Positions 22,165 to 29,604 of a DNA stretch of 29,604 nucleotides are shown piece by piece. The first letter of the stretch is position 1; every line of letters begins with the position of its first letter. Location: positions 1-29,604 of IMG/VR virus record IMGVR_UViG_3300020044_007822. The stretch is one strand, 5' to 3'. The position numbers and the translations under genes were made by a program. A model generated the notes under the pieces. That model ran no database searches and was not told where the DNA came from. It saw nothing but the letters and a program-made list of their open reading frames with translations. This DNA comes from a virus (Duplodnaviria; Caudoviricetes).

Positions 22165-24914
22165 ACTTGTGTGACCTTGCGGAAAAGCAGAGAGCCGTTC
22201 AGGTTTGCGGCGCTGCTGACTAGGGATATGGTGAAGGCAATCGAAGCGCCAGAATTGCGGCAATCGAAGCGGTAAGGTGTGGGCAGCGCAAGGGTGCCCA
22301 AAACCTGGGTGAACCCGGTTGACCATCCCAAGTTAAAGGTCGCCCCCGTCCCAGCGCCGCCAGTGGTTGCGACATTGTTTGAAGGCTGCACTGTGTATCG
22401 GCCTGAGTCCGAGATTGACCATGATGTAATCCGGCCAGAACCGTCTACAGACCCGACTCGTATGGTCGCCGCTGATGTACTTGTCCCGCCCGATACTGTC
22501 AGCGTATTGCCGACTGCATAACCAGCCCCACCGTTTACAGCCACAGCTTTGATGACCCGTTGCGATGCACTCAAAGCCATTGAGCTACCGCCTTGAGCAA
22601 CACCATCAATAAAAACTTGCAGCGAGCAAGTCCCCGCTGTCATGGATGTAGTGACACCGAGAAATTCGTAAATCGCACCGTACAGAAAGCCAAAAGAGTA
22701 ACTGCCATTGGCTACTGTCCCGGTGAGGTTAAATGGAATGCTTGTGTCAAATGGATTGCCAACACCCAAACAGTCAATAACCTGACCGTCACCCAGATTT
22801 GTGATATTTGCAGATGCGCCGCCCTGCAGGTCTGCACCCATGATTCGGTAGTTGTGGCAGTTGGCACCGTTCACGTACACGTTGCGAGATACGGCGTTTG
22901 TGCCCGTACCGCCCAGCAGGGTAGTGCTTGTCAGCCCGCCAGTCCAAGTCATCAAAGTGCCCATTTTGGAAACGGTATAGGCATTGCCAGCCGTTCCGCG
23001 CTCGCGTAGCTGAATCGTGATGGCGTCAGAGCCAGACGCAAGGGTAGCGGTAAGCCTGCGGACTTCTGGCAACTGTGAATTGTTGATAAAGTCTGTGATG
23101 TTGATAGCTGTCAGCCTGGCCGTGTCAGCGACTTGAATAGCTGCAGGGCCAGCGGCCACAGAATCAAATTCAATCACTTGCCCGTTCAGGGTCAGCTGAT
23201 AGATGTTTGTCGGGTTGCCTGTCAGCGTCAATACGGTGGATGCTTTAGTCGCATTGGACGGATAGCTGTAGATGCCGCCCCGGACTTCCCAATTGCTCAC
23301 GCCGTCATCTACCAGTAAGTTGCTTGACTGACTTGGAGTCTGTCGGCTGTTGTCCGAAGACTCGCAGCCATCCAAAACTGTGCGGCCTGTGCCAAGATGA
23401 CGCAGATAGATGCCGTGCTGACCTATGCGAGTAACTTTTACGCCATTGGCACGAAGGTTTCCGCCGAAAGTCGGGTCAGTGTACAAGCCACGAACAAACA
23501 CCGCACCGCCGTCGATGATTGCTGCATCGCTGATATTAGGGCGGTCAAGCGTAACAAAGTCGCCTTCTTTGATCCGGATAACGTCAGACTTTTGGTTTGT
23601 GCAAACTACGGGGCCAAAATGCAGGCGCTCAGACCAGCGTAGGTTAGCCGCGACTCCTGGTACATCGTTGACGTAGCACTTAAAGCAGTCCGTACCGCCA
23701 TTGATTCGGCCACCCAAAACACCGATTTTGAAATCACGGCAGTATTGAAGCATGGCGCTCCAGTTGATTCCCGGATTTACACCGTCGTCGTTTTCAAAGT
23801 CAACATAATTGATGGTCAGGTTTTTGTTGTAAAGCGGTGTACCCGTGTAAACGCTGTCGCCCCAGACGTTGAGCTGGCCCAATGCGTTGCGGGTTCGTGC
23901 AATTTCTACATTGGCGGTATCCGCGCCTTCTGACATTTTCAAAAGCTCGTAGCAACCAGCCGAATCAATGATGCCGAAGTTGTTGTTCTTGGCATTTACA
24001 CCCGTGATATTCAGGCAGATCCCGGCTGTAGGCGTGCCTGTATGCCCGAAACTCAGACGGCCAATGACGTTCAGGCCGCTGCCCGTGATGTTCAAGTGGT
24101 TTGCCGTGGTGCTGGTTTGCTTGAGTAGTGGCGCGGTTTCAGCAGGGCCGCCAGCACATATCAAAGTCAGACCGCTTGGTACGGTCACAGCGCTGCCGAT
24201 ACGGTACGGGCCAGCCAGCAGAGCGACCGGGCGACCAAGGGCCACGCCAGCAGCAAAAGCAGCAGCCAGGGTTGTCGCGTTGTTGACTGCCACGTCACCG
24301 CCCTGGACACCGTAATCCTCGACGTGAATGCAATCGGCCAGCTTTGCAGCTACGGTGCGGCTACCGAATGCACCGACCAGCGCAGCCCCGGTTGCGGGTG
24401 ACAGGTCACCAGTCGTCACGCCTTGATAAACCCGCCACTTGCTCGCCGTGTCAGTCGCAAACGATGCGCTTGAGGTGTGCGCAACAATGCAGATATACCA
24501 AGTTCCACCCGTCAAAACGATGTCTTTTACGGCGTAGGCAGTCGCCGTGACCCATGCGCCCCGGTTGTTGATCAGGGCTACAGCCGCGATAGCTGCTGGG
24601 ATGTCAATCGCGACGGCCTGCACTTTTGCAGCGTCCACAGCGTCAACATCAGCATCAATCAGCGCCAGCGCAGACAGCCGATTTGCATCAACTTCCGATA
24701 CATCGTCCTCAATATCAGTCAGCGCCGTGGCCTTTGAAGTCTCCACCGCCACAACATCAGTGGCAATGCTGGAATATGCCCCGGCAAGGGTCATTCGGGT
24801 GTTATTTAGGCGGTCAAGGAATGATTCCGCCGTGTCATTCATGAATTTGTCGAAGTTTTGCGCATTAATCAAAAGGTCAACGGGGTCAGTGCTTGGCACA
24901 GCGGCAAGGGTCAT
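22161..24914 (-). CDS. Tail spike/fibre with beta-helix (pectin-lyase-like) depolymerase-type domain
   Basis: N-terminal anchor DLLINAQNFDKFMN..DRL, AWVTATAYAVKDIV module, VEDYGVQG start of beta-helix, G/T/S-rich C-terminus. Confidence 0.85.
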   Translation of the reverse strand: MTLAAVPSTDPVDLLINAQNFDKFMNDTAESFLDRLNNTRMTLAGAYSSIATDVVAVETSKATALTDIEDDVSEVDANRLSALALIDADVDAVDAAKVQAVAIDIPAAIAAVALINNRGAWVTATAYAVKDIVLTGGTWYICIVAHTSSASFATDTASKWRVYQGVTTGDLSPATGAALVGAFGSRTVAAKLADCIHVEDYGVQGGDVAVNNATTLAAAFAAGVALGRPVALLAGPYRIGSAVTVPSGLTLICAGGPAETAPLLKQTSTTANHLNITGSGLNVIGRLSFGHTGTPTAGICLNITGVNAKNNNFGIIDSAGCYELLKMSEGADTANVEIARTRNALGQLNVWGDSVYTGTPLYNKNLTINYVDFENDDGVNPGINWSAMLQYCRDFKIGVLGGRINGGTDCFKCYVNDVPGVAANLRWSERLHFGPVVCTNQKSDVIRIKEGDFVTLDRPNISDAAIIDGGAVFVRGLYTDPTFGGNLRANGVKVTRIGQHGIYLRHLGTGRTVLDGCESSDNSRQTPSQSSNLLVDDGVSNWEVRGGIYSYPSNATKASTVLTLTGNPTNIYQLTLNGQVIEFDSVAAGPAAIQVADTARLTAINITDFINNSQLPEVRRLTATLASGSDAITIQLRERGTAGNAYTVSKMGTLMTWTGGLTSTTLLGGTGTNAVSRNVYVNGANCHNYRIMGADLQGGASANITNLGDGQVIDCLGVGNPFDTSIPFNLTGTVANGSYSFGFLYGAIYEFLGVTTSMTAGTCSLQVFIDGVAQGGSSMALSASQRVIKAVAVNGGAGYAVGNTLTVSGGTSTSAATIRVGSVDGSGRITSWSISDSGRYTVQPSNNVATTGGAGTGATFNLGWSTGFTQVLGTLALPTPYRFDCRNSGASIAFTISLVSSAANLNGSLLFRKVTQV

Positions 24915-24916
24915 TC

Positions 24917-27382
24917 TTAGTCCTCAGAATAGATGCGGTCGTCGTAAAATGCCAATTCTAGGGAGGCTTTACCGTCACCTAGAGGCTTGATGGCTGTCAC
25001 GCTGTACAGCCCCGAGCTTTCAAGCTCCGAATCAGTCAGTCCTACACCGAATGCGTACCTGCTCCCCAGCTGACGGCCAGCCCCGGCGACATAGAGGCCA
25101 GCCGGAACGCTTGCGAGTTGGATTGCATTGCCGGGTAGCTGTGAACACACAACTGGAGCGGCTAGGCGCTGGCCTTCGGTGCCTGTGAAAAGAATCCGGC
25201 CTGTGGGCTGGCCCTTGAAGTCCAAAATCTCGCTGGTCGTTATGACCGTCCCGACAATTGAAAGCACTTCGCCAGCCTGCAAGCCGTCATCCCCTGCAAA
25301 GTCTGCCGGGTCAACCCAGCGGACCAGTGAACCCAGGCCAATTGTCTGATAGTCACACAGCGCGGTATCTGACACGCTGATGCGCTGATAAATCAGGCGG
25401 TTTGCTTCCAGATATGCCCGATTCATGGCCTGCGATTCACTCGTGCAGCCGATGAGTTTGATTTTTGAAGGGTTTCCGCTCACGCCGACCACGGGGATTC
25501 CGCTTGTGATGTTCAGCCGGAAATAAACCTTTTTGGCCTGGCTTACCGGGTCAACGTATTCAATTTCCACGCCATCAAACGTGGCGGGCAGGTGCGCGGA
25601 ATAGCTGATTGCAGAGTCACCGCCTACATCCAGATTCCGGTAATCAAACTGCACCTCTGGATATTGCCGCGCCTGGTCGCGTGTGACCGTCCATTTTTGG
25701 CCATCTCGCCAGATGATGCACCGAGCGTGATTTGCGATGTTCTGCATCCGCTCGCCTAGGCTGATGTCAGCATCATCAATCGAACAATCGAAGCGCAGTA
25801 AATCCGAGGTTTCCCCAAGTTCGGTATTGATGGCCTGCAATGCAGTCGTGTCAAGCTCTGCAATATCGTTGCCCGCGAGTGTCCAGACATGAGCCATGGC
25901 TCTGGCAAAATTGCGGCTTGCGCTCAGGGTGTTACTGGTCAGCGTTCTGACATGGCGAGTCCATCGCAGATTGAATTTCTTGTCGCTAAATCCAGTTGCA
26001 TCAGTCGTGGCTTTTGTGGTGATCCTGAAAACCGTCACACCAGGCAAAACCTTGGTGGCGTAGTACCGAACTGCATAGACCTCTTCCAGCTTGGCCACAT
26101 CGTTGCCCGCCGTCCCGACTTGCGCAGACATTCGGGTGAACTCTATGCGATAGCGTCCAGTCCCTCCTGATGGAGTTACGGTTTTAGTATAAAAAAGCTG
26201 GTCAAATGACCCTGATGTATATGTATCAGTCGAGCTTTGCCGCGTCCCGCCGACCTCTACACCGCCACTGTCAACGCGCCACCATTCGGCCTTGATGTCA
26301 ACCGAACCGACAAGGCCGCGCGGGAAAATCGTATTCCAGCGCAGGCGGTCGCATTCAATCGGCAGCGTGAATGGACCTATGGTCGTGCGGGTGTATTCAT
26401 CAGGCACTACCGTAAAAGCAATACCTGTTTGTGTGCTGCTGAACGTCCACGGCGTTGTATTTGTGAATGTGAAAGTGCAATCAGCGCCTACAACAAGAAA
26501 GCTCTGAACCGTGCAGGCTTCATCAAATACTACTGGTGATCCGGTATCAATGTAGGTAAAAGACACTTGCGCTGTACCAGATGGCACCATGCTTTTGAGC
26601 TGAGCAAGGCTTGGCCCGTCAGTCACCTTCATTTTAAAAACTGACTCGGTGTTGACGATGATAAAACTGCCAGTTGGGGTCAAGGTGGCGTACTGAACCG
26701 GATATTCCAGCTCCTGGCCGTTCACTTCTTCGATTGCGAAAGTTTCGTAAACGTCGGTGATGGTTGTGCTGTTGAACTCAGGATATGGATTGGCCCCTGA
26801 CGGCTCAAACATCTCGTAGGACGCGCCTGATATGTCGGCTATAGGCGTTTCAGCGTACTGAATGTCCGTAACCGTCCCTTTACCACGGCTGACACAAAGC
26901 CACTCGGTTACGTATTTGATGTTGTCGATGTACTCGATAGTTGAGGGTTGAATCAGGTCAGGCCACACCCTGCGGTAGCCGTAAACGTCGGGGATGGCCT
27001 GGTACGCCCTAGCGATGTTGGATTGACCCGTAAGGCGGTTGTTTGGCGAGTCCTTGCCCGCTGTTGCGCCTGCATCTGTGTTGATTTTCGGCATCAATGC
27101 GTAGGTAACAGCCAGGCCCGCCAAAACTCCACCAATCACGTAAAGCCATGTAATCGGGTCGCCCTGTGGCCTGCGTTTTACCGTTACCGAATCTAGAATT
27201 GAAGGCTTTTGCCCCATGCGGATGTCGGTCAGCGGGTCAACCAGAACATCGTTTATGTACAGCTCGCAATCGGCGCCAGAAGCTAGATGCTTTTCAATGT
27301 TCGCTTGAATTGTCAGGTTGTAGTCAAGCTGGTAAAGCTGCCCGCCCGTGATTCCTGCCGGGTCATTTAGTATTTTCAGCAT
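24917..27382 (-). CDS. Tail tip / host-specificity protein (J-like)
   Basis: SPNNRLTGQSNIAR.YQAIPDVYG..RVWPDL; FDGVEIEYVDP; position after NlpC/P60 gene. Confidence 0.88.
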   Translation of the reverse strand: MLKILNDPAGITGGQLYQLDYNLTIQANIEKHLASGADCELYINDVLVDPLTDIRMGQKPSILDSVTVKRRPQGDPITWLYVIGGVLAGLAVTYALMPKINTDAGATAGKDSPNNRLTGQSNIARAYQAIPDVYGYRRVWPDLIQPSTIEYIDNIKYVTEWLCVSRGKGTVTDIQYAETPIADISGASYEMFEPSGANPYPEFNSTTITDVYETFAIEEVNGQELEYPVQYATLTPTGSFIIVNTESVFKMKVTDGPSLAQLKSMVPSGTAQVSFTYIDTGSPVVFDEACTVQSFLVVGADCTFTFTNTTPWTFSSTQTGIAFTVVPDEYTRTTIGPFTLPIECDRLRWNTIFPRGLVGSVDIKAEWWRVDSGGVEVGGTRQSSTDTYTSGSFDQLFYTKTVTPSGGTGRYRIEFTRMSAQVGTAGNDVAKLEEVYAVRYYATKVLPGVTVFRITTKATTDATGFSDKKFNLRWTRHVRTLTSNTLSASRNFARAMAHVWTLAGNDIAELDTTALQAINTELGETSDLLRFDCSIDDADISLGERMQNIANHARCIIWRDGQKWTVTRDQARQYPEVQFDYRNLDVGGDSAISYSAHLPATFDGVEIEYVDPVSQAKKVYFRLNITSGIPVVGVSGNPSKIKLIGCTSESQAMNRAYLEANRLIYQRISVSDTALCDYQTIGLGSLVRWVDPADFAGDDGLQAGEVLSIVGTVITTSEILDFKGQPTGRILFTGTEGQRLAAPVVCSQLPGNAIQLASVPAGLYVAGAGRQLGSRYAFGVGLTDSELESSGLYSVTAIKPLGDGKASLELAFYDDRIYSED

Positions 27383-27762
27383 GTGTATTTGTAGAATCGA
27401 AGTTCTCCGTAAATGGCTCTCATGGCTGACATTCGGGAAACCCGCACATTGCCGGGGTGCAGTTCCGAGCCTTCAGAATGCAGTAGTTTTTGACCATCAA
27501 GAACAATTCCGCAATGAGTAGGAGCGCCATCGCGCCACGACATAAAACCAACGGAACCAGAAACATCATCACATTCCTGCCAGCCTTGAATAGATGCAAA
27601 GCCGCTGGCTATATCAGTCTTTGGCAACTCGCCAAGCTCTATCCCCATGACGTGTCGAAAATAGAGGATGACAAGGCCGTAACAGTTCATTGCGTCCCAG
27701 TCGGCGCGGTGCGAAGCCCACGGCAAACCCACGGCGCGATTGATGAATTCTGTTTGCGTCAT
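27376..27762 (-). CDS. NlpC/P60-family tail assembly protein (K-like)
   Basis: VGLPW...MNCYGLV...HCGIV...LLHS. Confidence 0.85.
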   Translation of the reverse strand: MTQTEFINRAVGLPWASHRADWDAMNCYGLVILYFRHVMGIELGELPKTDIASGFASIQGWQECDDVSGSVGFMSWRDGAPTHCGIVLDGQKLLHSEGSELHPGNVRVSRMSAMRAIYGELRFYKYTC

Positions 27763-27781
27763 GCCCCCATGCTAGGGATGG

Positions 27782-28258
27782 CTAGATGCTCTCCAGTCCG
27801 GTAAACACGCTCGGCTCATAAATCACCCCGGCCCTGCGCCTCAGTGGATTGTCATCTGTGGCTGTGACCTGCACCGCGTCAGGGGAGAACGTCACGCCGC
27901 CTGCATCTGACACGTACAGGCTCCACGACAATGCCGGGTTGTTGAGGTCGTCAAGGTAGACGTCGTACACAACCGTGATGGGTTCCCGTGACCCGGCAAC
28001 AAGTTTGATTTGTTGTTTGAACTGCCGCCCGACCACCGCGCGGGGAAACGTCATGGTTAATCGCGCCTGGGTGCCTCCGGTCTGGTCTGGCGGCTTGATT
28101 GACATGGGCGCGGGCTGATAGCTGTTTCCGTCAAGCGTGACTGCTGCAAACTTGTTGGCTACCAGCCTGATCGGCGCATCAAATGCAGGATGTGAAAACG
28201 TGATGGCGTGATATTCCGGCAATGCGCTTTTTACCGCCCAAAACTCGGCTGGTGTCAT
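27782..28258 (-). CDS. Minor tail protein (DUF1833/L-like)
   Basis: ITFSHPAF..PIRLVAN; C-terminal YEPSVFTGL; start MTPAEF. Confidence 0.8.
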   Translation of the reverse strand: MTPAEFWAVKSALPEYHAITFSHPAFDAPIRLVANKFAAVTLDGNSYQPAPMSIKPPDQTGGTQARLTMTFPRAVVGRQFKQQIKLVAGSREPITVVYDVYLDDLNNPALSWSLYVSDAGGVTFSPDAVQVTATDDNPLRRRAGVIYEPSVFTGLESI

Positions 28259-28722
28259 GACGGCAGCACCGCAATGGCAGAATCGAGCAGCTCGGCCCAT
28301 GCCGCCCAGTCTTCAAGCGATAGGATGAAGTCTTCAGCATCAATAAAACCTGTCGGGATGATTTGAGCTCGGGCCATGATCTTTGCGCTGTAGCTCCACA
28401 TCTGCCCGTTGTCCTGCGCATCACCCAGACCATCGGGCAGGAATCGGCAGATGTGCGTAATCGTCCCAAACTCTGTTCTAATGGGTAGCGTGAACTCATC
28501 AATGCCGCGATTGATGACCCTGATGAACCAGATTTGAAAGCGTATGGCCTCAGCGCGGGTGAATTTGAAAACCACATCCCAAAACACCGGGGTATCGGTG
28601 CCTATGGCCTGGGCGTACCCATACCCACGCCTTGGCTCAGCCATCGTAAACGCTGCGGGCTGGCTGCGGCTCTTGGATGCGCTTGAGATTGTCGTCAGCG
28701 CTAGTGGGTAAGGTTCAGCCAT
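28255..28722 (-). CDS. Distal tail protein (M-like)
   Basis: Position after tape measure; WDVVFKFT..EA.RFQ.WF...I.RG...F.LPI..EFG; start MAEPYP. Confidence 0.75.
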   Translation of the reverse strand: MAEPYPLALTTISSASKSRSQPAAFTMAEPRRGYGYAQAIGTDTPVFWDVVFKFTRAEAIRFQIWFIRVINRGIDEFTLPIRTEFGTITHICRFLPDGLGDAQDNGQMWSYSAKIMARAQIIPTGFIDAEDFILSLEDWAAWAELLDSAIAVLPS

Positions 28723-28739
28723 AGGGGTATGGTAGGGAG

Positions 28740-29312
28740 TTAAACCCGTGGTTGAACGTTTGAAGCGCCGCGCATGGCAGACCATACCGGGCCGCTGTTT
28801 GCGCGTATCTGGCTGGCTACCTCGTTGACCGCGATGGTCACGGTGCGGCTTTGTTCGTCGTAGTTCGGGGTCACGCTCACGCCTGCTGCTGTGTTGTTGA
28901 CGACGATGTTTACAGCCGTCCCGCCTCCAACTTGGTCAGCCGCAGTCACCCGGCCTGATTGCGTTGGCATCATGTACTGATTGCCATTTGCCGCAGTGAA
29001 CATCTCCGGCGCGCCCTTTTCGTTGACCCGGTACATGTTTCCGCTGTTTGCTACACCGCCGTATTGCCTGCCGCCGCTGATGTTGGTGCCTGCGATGGTT
29101 GAAACAATGCTGGCGGTGTTGGCCGCAACAATTGCCATAGCCCCCAGATTCGCGGGGAATGGCAGCGACATGGCGGCGCTTGACATGGCTGTTTGAATGT
29201 TGATGATGGCGCTTGCAATGGCATGAGCCTTTTGAGCTGCAAACATAACTTTGTACATCGCTGACTGTTCGCCCGCAAGATTCTTTGTAATACCCAAAAG
29301 CGACTCACCCAG
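28740..29312 (-). CDS. Tail tape measure protein, 3' fragment
   Basis: SAMYKVMFAAQKA, PFPANLGAMA, GGRQYGG..YRVNEKGAPEM motifs; frame is broken near 29312-29330. Confidence 0.85.
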   Translation of the reverse strand: MGESLLGITKNLAGEQSAMYKVMFAAQKAHAIASAIINIQTAMSSAAMSLPFPANLGAMAIVAANTASIVSTIAGTNISGGRQYGGVANSGNMYRVNEKGAPEMFTAANGNQYMMPTQSGRVTAADQVGGGTAVNIVVNNTAAGVSVTPNYDEQSRTVTIAVNEVASQIRANSGPVWSAMRGASNVQPRV

Positions 29313-29604
29313 GACGCAGCCAACGCTTCAATCTACGAAAAAGCCAAATTTGAGATAAAAGCCAAGTTTGCCAATGACCGCTTAGAACTGGAGCGCAAGA
29401 CAGCCGCCGACATTGCAGCAGTTGAAGGCCGCAACGAATCGGCCAGGGCTGAGGCTCGGATTTTGCTGACGGAAAACGCAGAGATGCGGATTTTGTTTAT
29501 CCGGGACGAATCAATCAGGCAGGCTGAAGCCGCCTACAAGCGCGGCCAGGCCACCTTTGAAGAAGCTGAAACAGCCAAGACTCAGGCCATTCAAAGATCG
29601 ATTG
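29307..29604 (+). other. Inverted internal fragment of a tape-measure-like gene
   Basis: Open plus frame TQDAANASIYEKAKFEIKAKFANDRLELERK...EEAETAKTQAIQRSI, A/E/K/R-rich and helical, without start or RBS. Confidence 0.65.

Overview
A ~29.6 kb segment of a tailed (lambdoid/siphovirus-like) phage genome, probably infecting a betaproteobacterium (inference from gene content). Left arm (1-9.6 kb, minus strand): NinG, three DNA methyltransferases, a degenerate HNH protein, an O-like replication initiator with internal iterons plus a loader-like partner, and a Rha/antirepressor. A short divergent control region at 9.63-9.77 kb has no recognisable CI. Middle arm (9.8-19.9 kb, plus strand): many small early genes, including a P22 gp17-like protein, RNase HI, an SSB-like protein, Gp157/Gam-like and an RNAP alpha-CTD-domain protein. 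Right arm (20.9-29.3 kb, minus strand): lysis cassette without obvious spanins, tail spike, J/K/L/M-like tail tip genes and the 3' end of the tape measure gene. The most unusual content is non-coding: (i) a ~550-nt structured RNA region with an attenuator-like leader directly upstream of RNase H; (ii) a ~0.8-kb array of back-to-back stem-closed RNA modules ending in a tRNA-like element with no anticodon arm; (iii) a repeated GTAAGC-N5-GTAAG promoter-like motif; (iv) three leaders sharing a seed/terminator-loop architecture. Both window ends show abrupt junctions that may be chimeric artefacts. All family assignments come from motif recognition by eye and all RNA pairings were traced by hand; no database search or folding program was run.
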